NCBI GenBank assembly: GCA_038212275.1
Contig: JBBQUR010000004.1
Coordinates: forward strand, 160,001 to 224,000
Length of the DNA: 64,000 nt
Direction: 5' to 3'
From: Planctomycetota bacterium
GTDB taxonomy: Bacteria > Planctomycetota > B15-G4
Position 1 is the stretch's first letter. The number at the start of each line of letters is the position of its first letter. Shown here piece by piece: positions 7,768 to 16,629 of the stretch. The notes under the pieces were generated by a model. It had not been told where the DNA came from. It saw only the letters and a program-made list of their open reading frames with translations, and searched no databases. The position numbers and the translations under genes are program-made.

Positions 7768-10587
7768 TCAGTGAGCCTCGACCCAGTTGTGACCGGTGCC
7801 CGTCGTGACGAGCAGCGGCACGTCCAGCACCATGGCCTTTTCCATGAGCTCCGTCACCAGCGCGGTGACCTCGGGCAGCTCGGCCTCCGGCACTTCGAAG
7901 ACGAGTTCGTCGTGCACCTGGAGCAGCATGCGCGTGCCCAGCCTGCGGCGCAGCAGCTCGTGCTGGACGCGGATCATCGCGATCTTGATCAGGTCCGCGG
8001 CCGTGCCCTGCAGCGGCGTGTTGACAGCGATGTTCATGGCCGAGGCGGCAAGCCGTGGATCGCTGCTTTCGAGCGTGTCGATGCGCCGGCGGCGGCCGGT
8101 GAGGGTGGAGACGAAGCCCTGCTCCAGCGCCTGCGCCTTGGTCTTGTCGAGCCAGGCGCGCACGCCGGAGAAGACCTTGAAATACTGCTCGATGAACTCC
8201 GTGGCCTGCTTCACGGTGAGGTCGATGGAGCGCGCGAGCCGCTGCGCGCCCATGCCGTAGATGATCCCGAAGTTGATCGTCTTGGCGTGACCGCGCATCT
8301 CCGCCGTGACCTCGGACTCCGGCACGTTGAAGATGAGCGCGGCCGTGCGGCGGTGGATGTCGTCCCCGTCGCGGAAGGCGGACAGCAGCGCCTCGTCGCC
8401 CGACAGGTGCGCCATGAGGCGCAGCTCGATCTGGCTGTAGTCCGCGGCGAAAAGCACGTGGCCCTCGTCCGCGATGAAGGCCTGGCGGATGCGCCGCCCG
8501 AGCTCCGTGCGGTTGGGGATGTTCTGCAGGTTGGGATCGGACGACGAGAGCCGGCCCGTCGACGCGACGGCCTGGTTGAACGAGGTGTGGATGCGCCCGC
8601 TCGCCGGATGCACGAGGTCGGGCAGGCTGTCCACGTAGGTGCTCTTGAGCTTGGCGATCTGCCGGTGCTCGAGGATGCGCGCGGCCAGCGGATGCTCGCT
8701 GAGCGACTCGAGCACCTCGGCGTCCGTGCTGTAGCCGGTCTTGGTGCGCTTGATGCGCTTGATGCCGAGCTGCTCGTGCACTTTCAGCTTTTCGAAGAGC
8801 ACCTCCGCGAGCTGCTTGGGGCTGCCGATGTTGAACGGCGCCCCGGCCAGCGCGTGGATCTCCTCCGTCACGACGGCGAGGCGTTCGCCCATCTCCACCG
8901 AGAGCGTGCGCAGGTGCGCCACGTCGATGCGGATGCCGTGCGTTTCCATCGCCTGCAGCACCGAGAGCAGCGGCAGCTCGATGTCGCGGAAGACGTGCTC
9001 GACCTCGTTGCCGTCCAGGCGCTCCGCGAAGAGCCGGTAGAGGCGGAAGGTCATGTCCGCGTCCTCGCAGGCGTATTCGCCGCACTTCGCGGGCGGCACG
9101 TCCCACATCGAGATCTGCGCGGCGCCCTTGCCGATGAGCTCGCTCGTCGGGATCTTCGTGATGCCGAGGTGCTTGAGCGTGAGGAAGTCCAGGCCGTGCT
9201 GGCTCTGGTGCGCCTCCAGGCAGTAGCTGCCGAGCATCGTGTCGAAGCCGGCCTTCGCCGGGCAGACGCCGTAGCGGCCCATGACGAGCAGGTCGTACTT
9301 GAGGTTCTGCCCGACGAGCGTGATGCGCGGGCTCTCCAGCACGGGCTTCACGTCGCGCAGAAAACGCGCCAGGTCGCTGCCTGCCGGCGGGACGAGCGGG
9401 TCGCCCGGCAGGCCGCTGCCGGTGGTGACGAGCGCGCTGTCCTGCGCGGGGCGGAACATGTCGTCGCCGGACGCTCCGGCGCCGGCGCGTTCGCGCGCGG
9501 TGCGGCCGCGGTCGCCCGGTCCGAAGATCGGCGCGGCCAGGTTGACGGGCAGATACCACGCCTCGTGTGCCTCGAAGGCGAAGGACATGCCGACGAGCTC
9601 GGCTTCCAGCGCCGTGATCGAGGTGGTCTCCGTGTCGAAGATGATCTCGGTCGCAGCGTTCAGCCGCTGCAGGAAGGTCTCGTATTCCTCGCGCGTGGTG
9701 ACGACCTTGTAGCGGCGCTCGTCGCTGCGCACCTGGCGCGGCAGCTTGTCCGCCAGCGACGGGAAGTCCAGCTCCACGAAGAGTTCGCGCGCGGCGTCCG
9801 CGTCCGGGCCCCGGTAGGTCAACGACTCCAGGTCCAGCTCGACCGGCGCCTCGCAGCGGATCGTGGCCAGGTCGCGTGACAGGTAGGCCAGCTCACGCCC
9901 CTCGCGCAACCGGGCCTGCAGGCTGGGCGGTTTGATGCGGTCGAGCTTCGCGTAGATGTCGTCGAGGCCCTCGTAGTCCTCGATGAGTTTCAGCGCGGTC
10001 TTCTCGCCGACCTGCGGCACGCCCGGGATGTTGTCGCTGTGGTCGCCCATGAGCGCGAGCACCTCGATGACCTGGTCGGGCCGGCAATGGAAGCGTTCGC
10101 GCACCGCGGCGATATCCACGACGACCGGTTCGCCGCCGCCGCTCGTCGGCGTCCACATGACCGAGTGCTCGGTCACCAGCTGCATGAAGTCCTTGTCGCC
10201 CGTGAACATGATGACGTCGTGACCCGCGGCGCGCGCGCGCTGCGCCAGAGTGCCGATGACGTCGTCGGCCTCCCAGCCGGGTAGCGCATAGAGCGGAAAG
10301 CCCAGCGACTTCGCGATGCGCTCGAACATCGGCAGCTGGTCGATGAGCTCCTGCGGTGTCTTCTCGCGCGTGGCCTTGTAGGCGTCGTAGGCCTTGTGAC
10401 GGAAGGTGGGCTCGGGCGTGTCCATGGCCACGAGCGCGAAGTCGGGCGTGCCACGCTCCACGAGCGCGAGCAGCGAGGCGGCATAGGCGTAGGCAGGCCC
10501 CGGCCCGCGCGCAAAGTAGCTGCGGTAGGCCAGCGCCGAGCCGTCGATGAGGATGGTGCGCGGCCGGCGTGAGCTCGATTCGATCAT
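7768..10587 (-). CDS. polA: DNA polymerase I (alternative start at 10596)
   Basis: 5'-3' exonuclease (LIDG, EADD, GDKD); 3'-5' exonuclease (FDTET, QNLKYD, YACED); polymerase motifs ADYSQIELR, KTINFGIIYG, QVHDE. Confidence 0.98.
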   Translation of the reverse strand: MIESSSRRPRTILIDGSALAYRSYFARGPGPAYAYAASLLALVERGTPDFALVAMDTPEPTFRHKAYDAYKATREKTPQELIDQLPMFERIAKSLGFPLYALPGWEADDVIGTLAQRARAAGHDVIMFTGDKDFMQLVTEHSVMWTPTSGGGEPVVVDIAAVRERFHCRPDQVIEVLALMGDHSDNIPGVPQVGEKTALKLIEDYEGLDDIYAKLDRIKPPSLQARLREGRELAYLSRDLATIRCEAPVELDLESLTYRGPDADAARELFVELDFPSLADKLPRQVRSDERRYKVVTTREEYETFLQRLNAATEIIFDTETTSITALEAELVGMSFAFEAHEAWYLPVNLAAPIFGPGDRGRTARERAGAGASGDDMFRPAQDSALVTTGSGLPGDPLVPPAGSDLARFLRDVKPVLESPRITLVGQNLKYDLLVMGRYGVCPAKAGFDTMLGSYCLEAHQSQHGLDFLTLKHLGITKIPTSELIGKGAAQISMWDVPPAKCGEYACEDADMTFRLYRLFAERLDGNEVEHVFRDIELPLLSVLQAMETHGIRIDVAHLRTLSVEMGERLAVVTEEIHALAGAPFNIGSPKQLAEVLFEKLKVHEQLGIKRIKRTKTGYSTDAEVLESLSEHPLAARILEHRQIAKLKSTYVDSLPDLVHPASGRIHTSFNQAVASTGRLSSSDPNLQNIPNRTELGRRIRQAFIADEGHVLFAADYSQIELRLMAHLSGDEALLSAFRDGDDIHRRTAALIFNVPESEVTAEMRGHAKTINFGIIYGMGAQRLARSIDLTVKQATEFIEQYFKVFSGVRAWLDKTKAQALEQGFVSTLTGRRRRIDTLESSDPRLAASAMNIAVNTPLQGTAADLIKIAMIRVQHELLRRRLGTRMLLQVHDELVFEVPEAELPEVTALVTELMEKAMVLDVPLLVTTGTGHNWVEAH

Positions 10588-10629
10588 GGAGCGCATGGTA
10601 GCCACGCGACCCTCCGACCCGCGCACCTC

Positions 10630-10683
10630 ATGCCGGGAGGCAACGCGATGCCGGAAGGCAGGGCGATGCCGGAAGGCAGGGCG
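10630..10683. repeat. Three-copy 18-bp tandem repeat (ATGCCGGAAGGCAGGGCG)
   Basis: Copies at 10630 (degenerate), 10648 and 10666. Confidence 0.9.
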
Positions 10684-10721
10684 CGCTGGACTTGCGAACC
10701 GCGACGGGGAACCATGGCGGC

Positions 10722-11384
10722 ATGAAGAACGTGCAGCAGACGTGCGGACGATCCCGCGGCGATGGTGCCCCGGTGCGCCCGATCCTCCCCGGGCAACGAT
10801 GCGCGCTGTCCGCTGCGGTGCTCGTGCTGCTCCTCGCGGCGGGCGGCTGCGGCGACGCAGCCACCAAGGCGGACGAGAAGGCCCTCGTGGCCTCGCGCGA
10901 CACTCTGGCGACCGACCCTTCCGCGGCGCTGTTCCAGGCGAAAGCCGCGCTCGCCGACCTGCATGACCGCGGCCTGCCCGACGACCCGCGGCTGCAGCTC
11001 GTCGCGGCGGAAGCCTGCCTGCGCCTCGACCGGCGCACCGACGCGCTGGCCTACGCCGAGGCGGGCCTCGCCGCGGGGGATCTGCCAGCCGATCTTCGCG
11101 CTGATCTCTCGTGGGCCAGCGGCACCGCGCTCATGGGCCGCTTCGTCGAGCTGGGCAGCGAGTCCGACTGGCGCTCGGCCAACAGCACGCTGGAGCAGGG
11201 CACCGAGGCCGGCCATCACAGGCTCGAGGCGGCCTTTCTGCTGGTGGGGCTGCAGGACCTCGCCGGCCACTCCAATCCGGAGCGGCAGCGGAAGTTCGCG
11301 CGCCTGGTCATCGAGCTCGACACCGAAGGCACGCAGGCCGGACGCGTGAAGCGCCTGCTCGAGGCCAGGGGGCTCACGCCGTAG
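10722..11384 (+). CDS. Hypothetical helical/TPR-like lipoprotein (alternative GTG start at 10773)
   Basis: Hydrophobic stretch ending LLAAGG-C lipobox; Ala/Leu-rich helical body. Confidence 0.65.
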   Translation: MKNVQQTCGRSRGDGAPVRPILPGQRCALSAAVLVLLLAAGGCGDAATKADEKALVASRDTLATDPSAALFQAKAALADLHDRGLPDDPRLQLVAAEACLRLDRRTDALAYAEAGLAAGDLPADLRADLSWASGTALMGRFVELGSESDWRSANSTLEQGTEAGHHRLEAAFLLVGLQDLAGHSNPERQRKFARLVIELDTEGTQAGRVKRLLEARGLTP

Positions 11385-12660
11385 CGACGGGCGGCGGCCG
11401 TCGCGCCATCTGCCCGATGTGCCGGAAGGACCAGAAGAAGCGCGCCTCGAGCGCGATCGCCAGCAGATACGTAGCGATGGTGAGCAGCATCGGCAGCGCG
11501 TAGCCGTCGAGTCCGGCGCCGAGCCAGCCGTTCGAGCTCTCGATGAGCCAGCCGCCCCAGTGATTCGACAGCGCCCACCCGAGGTTCCAGCACAGCATCG
11601 ACGCGCCGTTCACCGCAGGGCGGTCCTTCTCGGGCGTGATCTCCATCATGAGGTTGCGCCACAGCGGCTGCGACAGGTTCATGAAGGCGCTGCGCAGGAT
11701 GTAGGCGCAGACCGCGAGCGGAAAGCTCATGGTGAGCGCCAGCGTGAGGAAGAAGGGCAGCGACAGCGCCTCGGTGATGATCGTGGCGCGCACCAGTCCG
11801 AAGCGCGCCACGACGCGCGGCGTCACCACGGCGCCCAGCGTCATGGTCGCCGAAGCGGCCGCGAGCACGAGGCCGAGCGCCGCAAAGGGCAGCGCGAAGC
11901 GCTGCGTGAAGTAAAGGTTGATGAAAGGAATCGACAGGCCGGCGCCGGTGCCGATGAGAAAGTGCGGGATCGACACGCGCATCCACAGATGCCATTGCGA
12001 CGGCCGCAGGATGCCCAGCACCGCGAGCAGCGAACGCGACGAGGCCTCCTCGCTTCCGGGCAGTCGATGCGGCAGCCGCCGGTAAGGGCGCCAGGCGAGC
12101 AGACCGAAGCCTGCGCCGGTGAGCAGCGCGATGCGCAACGGCCAGGTGCTGCCCGACACGCCCTGAGCGAGAGACCCCGCGATGAGGCACGACATGAGGA
12201 AGCCGAGCGTCTGCGTCAGCGTGTGCACGGCGAAGTCGGCCTGGAAGAGCTGCGTGCGCTCCTGGCTGCGGCTCGTCGCCACCAGGAAGGGCGCAGCCAC
12301 CACCTTGTGCAGCGTGTACGAGGCGCCCGACAGGGCCGACCAGGCCACCAGCGCCCAGAATGAACTGGAGGCCGCGATGCCCGCGATGGACAGCGCCTTG
12401 AGGACGCAGGCCAGCACGAGCGAGCGGCGCGGACCGAGCCGGTCGTAAAGCGAGGCCGACGGAAACGTGGCCACGACGACGCCGACCGCCGACGCGCCGT
12501 TGATCCAGCCCGCGTCGGCGATTCCGAGCCCCAGCGACGTGACGTAGAGGTTCTGCAGCGCGTACTGGAAGGCGTTGCCGACTTCGATGAGCGCCGCGCC
12601 CGCGAGAAAGGCACGCGCCTCGACCGAGAAGCCGCGATAGACCCGGAGCAGCGGGTTCAC
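11374..12660 (-). CDS. MFS transporter
   Basis: About 12 TM segments; motif A LYDRLGPRR and repeat VARFGLVR. Confidence 0.92.
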   Translation of the reverse strand: MNPLLRVYRGFSVEARAFLAGAALIEVGNAFQYALQNLYVTSLGLGIADAGWINGASAVGVVVATFPSASLYDRLGPRRSLVLACVLKALSIAGIAASSSFWALVAWSALSGASYTLHKVVAAPFLVATSRSQERTQLFQADFAVHTLTQTLGFLMSCLIAGSLAQGVSGSTWPLRIALLTGAGFGLLAWRPYRRLPHRLPGSEEASSRSLLAVLGILRPSQWHLWMRVSIPHFLIGTGAGLSIPFINLYFTQRFALPFAALGLVLAAASATMTLGAVVTPRVVARFGLVRATIITEALSLPFFLTLALTMSFPLAVCAYILRSAFMNLSQPLWRNLMMEITPEKDRPAVNGASMLCWNLGWALSNHWGGWLIESSNGWLGAGLDGYALPMLLTIATYLLAIALEARFFWSFRHIGQMARRPPPVATA

Positions 12661-12785
12661 GTCAGCGGCGCGGAGGCGTGGGGTTCATGGAGGGCGCCGC
12701 CGGACGACGGCGGGCGGATTGTAGGACCGCCGTGCCCGGTTCCAAGTGCCGCGCGGCTTGATCGCCGGCTCGTCGATGCGGGATC

Positions 12786-13304
12786 ATGCGCCGCATGCAG
12801 GCGTTGCTGATCTTCGTGCTCGTGCTGGTGCTGCTGCTCGTCGTGGCGGCGGCGCTGCTGCTCCGTCGGGTGCAGGGGCTGGAGTCGCGCCTGGCGCCGC
12901 TGGCCCGCCTCGATGACCTCGACAAGCAGCTGCAGCTGCTGGGCGGGCTCATCGAGCGACGCGAGTTCTCGGTCGCCCTGCAGGCCAAGCTCACGGAGTT
13001 CGGCGAGACCCAGGCCCGGCTCACGGCGGCGCTCGCCGAGCTGCAGGCGGCCGTGACGGCGGCGCCGGTCGCGCACGCCACGCTGCCGTCGGGCGATCTG
13101 CTCGGTCTTGTGCGCGAACACCTCGTCGAGCAGCGCTTCGAAGCCGTGCACCTGCTGACGGATGCCGGGCAGCTCGAAGGCCGCTCAGGGCACGTGGCCT
13201 TCGAGGCGCGTCGTGACGGCGTGCTGCACAAGGGCCACGCCGTCCTGCTGGACGGTGCGGTCGTCGAAGACCATGTGCGTTCCGCCTGGTCCACCTTTCC
13301 CTGA
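12786..13304 (+). CDS. Hypothetical protein with N-terminal TM and coiled coil
   Basis: Hydrophobic N-terminus, Leu heptads, small beta-rich C-terminal domain. Confidence 0.7.
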   Translation: MRRMQALLIFVLVLVLLLVVAAALLLRRVQGLESRLAPLARLDDLDKQLQLLGGLIERREFSVALQAKLTEFGETQARLTAALAELQAAVTAAPVAHATLPSGDLLGLVREHLVEQRFEAVHLLTDAGQLEGRSGHVAFEARRDGVLHKGHAVLLDGAVVEDHVRSAWSTFP

Positions 13305-13364
13305 ATCCAACGGTGATCGGGAGGCGGGAATGCCGCCGCCCCGGCTCCGGGAGTTGCCTCGAAC

Positions 13365-14669
13365 ATGAGCGTCCAACCCGTCATCGCGCGCGTCCGTCGC
13401 CTCGGCGAACACGTCGGGAGCAAGGCCCGCGTGCAGGGCTGGCTGACCAACCGCCGCTCGTCCGGCAAGCTGCAGTTCCTGCAGGTGCGGGACGGCAGCG
13501 GCACCGTGCAGTGCGTGCTCAAGAAGGGCGACGTCCCCGACGAACTCTTCGCGCGCCTCGACGCGCTGCCGCAGGAGAGCTCGCTCGAGGTCGAGGGCGA
13601 GGTGCGCGCCGATGCGCGTTCTCCCGGCGGCTTCGAGATCTCGGTGACGGCGGTGCACATCGTTGCCGAGTCGGCCGCCTATCCGATCAGCAACAAGGAG
13701 CACAGCACGGGCTTCCTCATGGAGCACCGGCACCTCTGGCTGCGCAGCTCGCGCCAGGCGGCGACGCTGCGCATCCGCGCCCGCATCATCAAGTCCATCC
13801 GCGACTACTTCGACAGTCGCGACTACGTGTGCGTGGACGCGCCGGTGTTCACGCCGTCGGCCTGCGAGGGCACGACGACGCTTTTCAAGGTGGACTACTT
13901 TGGCGACGACGCCTACCTCACGCAGAGTGGCCAGCTCTACGGCGAGGCGGCGGCGATGGCGATGGGCAAGATCTACGTCTTCGGGCCGGTGTTCCGCGCC
14001 GAGAAGTCCAAGACGCGCCGGCACCTCACCGAGTTCTGGATGGTCGAGCCCGAGATCGCCTACGCCGACCTCGACCAGGTCATGGACGTGGCCGAGGAAT
14101 TCGTCGAGACGATCGTCGCCGACGTGCTGCGCGACTGCATGCCGGAGCTCCTCGTGCTCGAGCGCGACGTGAGCAAGCTGCAGGCGATCAAGCGCCCCTT
14201 CCCGCGCATGAGCTACGACGACGCGGTCAAGAAGATGAACGACCGCGGCCACGCCTTCGAGTGGGGTAACGACTTCGGCGCGCCCGACGAGGAGGTCGTC
14301 ATGCAGGAGGTGGAGAAGCCGATGCTCGTGCACCGCTTCCCCGCACCGGTGAAGGCCTTCTACATGAAGCGCGATCCGCAGGACGAGCGCGTGGCCCTCT
14401 GCGTCGACGTGCTCGCGCCCGAGGGCTACGGCGAGATCATCGGCGGCAGCCAGCGCGCGGACGACCTGGCGTATCTCGAACAGCAGATCGCGCTGCACGG
14501 GCTGCCGAAGGAGGCCTTCGAGTGGTATCTCGACCTGCGCAGATACGGCACGGTTCCGCACGGCGGATTCGGGCTCGGGCTCGAGCGCACGGTGGCGTGG
14601 ATCACGGGGAACAAGCACATTCGCGAGTGCATCCCGTTCCCGCGCATGTTGTACAAGATTTATCCGTGA
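13365..14669 (+). CDS. asnS: Asparagine--tRNA ligase
   Basis: OB-fold N-terminus; [44 protein letters not shown]. Confidence 0.98.
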   Translation: MSVQPVIARVRRLGEHVGSKARVQGWLTNRRSSGKLQFLQVRDGSGTVQCVLKKGDVPDELFARLDALPQESSLEVEGEVRADARSPGGFEISVTAVHIVAESAAYPISNKEHSTGFLMEHRHLWLRSSRQAATLRIRARIIKSIRDYFDSRDYVCVDAPVFTPSACEGTTTLFKVDYFGDDAYLTQSGQLYGEAAAMAMGKIYVFGPVFRAEKSKTRRHLTEFWMVEPEIAYADLDQVMDVAEEFVETIVADVLRDCMPELLVLERDVSKLQAIKRPFPRMSYDDAVKKMNDRGHAFEWGNDFGAPDEEVVMQEVEKPMLVHRFPAPVKAFYMKRDPQDERVALCVDVLAPEGYGEIIGGSQRADDLAYLEQQIALHGLPKEAFEWYLDLRRYGTVPHGGFGLGLERTVAWITGNKHIRECIPFPRMLYKIYP

Positions 14670-14676
14670 GGGGTTT

Positions 14677-14718
14677 GGCTGCTGCAGCAGGCGGACTGGG
14701 GTCCGCTGCTGAGCAGCC
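14677..14718 (+). terminator. GC-rich bulged hairpin just after the asnS stop (no U-tract)
   Basis: GGCTGCT/AGCAGCC, CAGCA/TGCTG and GCGGAC/GTCCGC arms with a TGGG loop. Confidence 0.55.
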
Positions 14719-14722
14719 GCGG

Positions 14723-14829
14723 GTGGTTGCGTGGGGCGTGTGGTTGCGTGGGGCGTGTGGCTGCGTGGCGTGTGGCTGCGTGGCGTGTGGCTGCGTGGCG
14801 TGTGGTTGCGTGGGGCGTGTGGTTGCGTG
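14723..14829. repeat. G/T-rich minisatellite of mixed 17-bp and 15-bp units
   Basis: GTGGTTGCGTGGGGCGT x2, GTGGCTGCGTGGCGT x3, the 17-mer once more, then a partial copy; no A on the + strand. Confidence 0.95.
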
Positions 14830-14916
14830 AGGTCTGATGTTTGAGATCGGGATCTGTGGGTGTTTAGCGGGGGCGGGGGCTGAGGTGGCGAGCGCCAGGG
14901 CTGCACGGGAGCGGAC

Positions 14917-15516
14917 GTGACACTCGATCTGGCTCCTCTCGAGATGGCTGCAGCGCGGGTCGGGCTGAACGGTCTGCGCGCGCGCGTCGTGCCGGCGGAT
15001 CGGCGGCGAGGGACCTGGTTCACCTGGCGCGCGGGCGAGCTGCTCGTCAGCGCGCGCATCGTCGACCGGGTGCCGCCCGAGGATGCGTGCGCACTGCTCA
15101 TCGGCGAGGTCCTGCGTCGACGGCGACTGGCGGGGATGGCGCTGCCGTTCGGCCTCGGTGTCGGCGCCGCCGCGGTGGCGATCGCTGCGGTGCTGCTGTC
15201 GCTGGAGCCCGGCGCGGTCGTGAGCGTGCTGCTCGTCGCGGCCACGGCAGCTGTCGCCGCGGCCGCATGGTCCACGCTGCGACTTCGCGCCGGGATGGCG
15301 GCCGACGACGAGGCCGTGGCACTGCTCGGTGACGCCACACCGCTCGTCCGCGGGCTCAACCTGATGAATGAGGAGGAACTGCACCTCGGTGGCCGGAAGC
15401 TGCCGGCGCGGCCCGACCTGCACTGGCGTGCGGAGCGGCTGGCGCGGGTGCATCAGCTCTGCGACGGCGGAGGCGCCGCTGCCTCGCGGCCGCACGGCGG
15501 TGGCACCCATGGCTGA
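14917..15516 (+). CDS. Membrane protein resembling a degenerate M48/HtpX peptidase
   Basis: Layout LLVSARIVDRVPPEDACALLIGEVLR, 2 TM segments, ADDEAVALLGD..L..GL, RP....RAERL; no HExxH. Confidence 0.55.
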   Translation: MTLDLAPLEMAAARVGLNGLRARVVPADRRRGTWFTWRAGELLVSARIVDRVPPEDACALLIGEVLRRRRLAGMALPFGLGVGAAAVAIAAVLLSLEPGAVVSVLLVAATAAVAAAAWSTLRLRAGMAADDEAVALLGDATPLVRGLNLMNEEELHLGGRKLPARPDLHWRAERLARVHQLCDGGGAAASRPHGGGTHG

Positions 15517-16477
15517 GCCTCCGCTTCCCGGACTCCGGCTCGTGCGCCACCCGCGCGCGGCGGAGCTCGTGGCTCAGCGCGCGCGACTCTTCGCCGGCTT
15601 GCGCGCGCACCTCGACGGGCGCGGCTTCGTCGAGGCCGACGTCCCGGCGCTCCAGCCGCACGCCGGGCAGGAGGCCTACCTGCACCCGCCGCTCGTCTCG
15701 CTCACCGGCCTGCCGGGGCCGCTCTGGCTCGCCACCTCGCCCGAGCTCTGTCTCAAGCGGCTCGTTTGCGCGGGCGTGGCGAGGGTGTACGCGCTGGGTC
15801 CTGCGTATCGCGGTGGCCGGGAGGAGATCTCCCGGCTGCACCAGCCGCAGTTCTGCATGCTCGAGTGGTATCGCCCGGGGCTTCGCCTCGCGGATCTCGC
15901 GGACGACGTGGCCGCCCTGTCCGCGGCGGCGGCGAGCGCGCTCGGCGTGCCTGCACCTCAGGCCGGGCGCTGGATGTCCGTGCGTGAGGCCTTCGCGGAG
16001 TTCGCGGGCCTGTCGCTCGATGCCGTGCTGGCCGAGGACGATGCCGCCGCGGCTTTCGGGCGCGCGCTTGTCGAGCACGTCGAGCCGTCCCTCGCGCGGC
16101 AGCCGGGCTGGGTCTTCCTGCATGGCTATCCCGCGTTCGGCGCCGCACTCGCGCGTCTCGACCCGGACGACCCGCGCGTGGCGCTGCGCGTCGAGGCATA
16201 CCTGCGCGGCGTCGAGATCGCGAATGGCTACGTGGAACTCGCCGACGCGGAGGAGCACCGCCGCCGCTGGGCCGACGAACGTCGCGCACGCAGCTCCGGG
16301 CATCCGGTGGCTCCCGTGGATGAGGGCTTTCTCCAGGAGCTCGCCGACCCGGGATTGCCGGAATGCATCGGCATGGCGCTCGGCGTCGACAGGCTGATGC
16401 TTGCGCTGCTTGGCGCCGACTCGCTGGCCGACGTCCTGCCCTTTCATCTCGAGCTTCCCTCCCGCACCGAGAGCTGA
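15509..16477 (+). CDS. epmA: EF-P lysine aminoacylase (GenX/PoxA), class II aaRS catalytic domain only
   Basis: WLATSPELCLKRL, HQPQFCMLEWYR, EIANGYVEL, GMALGVDRLM; no anticodon-binding domain. Confidence 0.88.
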   Translation: MAEPPLPGLRLVRHPRAAELVAQRARLFAGLRAHLDGRGFVEADVPALQPHAGQEAYLHPPLVSLTGLPGPLWLATSPELCLKRLVCAGVARVYALGPAYRGGREEISRLHQPQFCMLEWYRPGLRLADLADDVAALSAAAASALGVPAPQAGRWMSVREAFAEFAGLSLDAVLAEDDAAAAFGRALVEHVEPSLARQPGWVFLHGYPAFGAALARLDPDDPRVALRVEAYLRGVEIANGYVELADAEEHRRRWADERRARSSGHPVAPVDEGFLQELADPGLPECIGMALGVDRLMLALLGADSLADVLPFHLELPSRTES

Positions 16478-16629
16478 TGCGGGCGGAGAGCTGATGCGAG
16501 CGATGTAACGCGGCGAGCCAGGCCCCGACTTCCCGGTGGGTGCGTGGTGCATGTCTGGCGATGCCGCCGGGCGCCGCGCTCCCGCGTGGCCCGCCGAGGC
16601 GCGGGCCGAACACTCGGGAGGGAAGATTG

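Noticed and set aside
9385..9535. PolA insertion as an intein
   Set aside because: Too short and lacks the N-terminal Cys/Ser and C-terminal His-Asn splice motifs
14723..14829. Possible CRISPR array
   Set aside because: Units are contiguous with no unique spacers, and there are no cas genes
16469..16498. 13-bp direct repeat GAGAGCTGATGCG at the epmA stop; similar short duplications near 7648-7670 and 26548-26572
   Set aside because: Two-copy local duplications with no enclosed element; not target-site duplications
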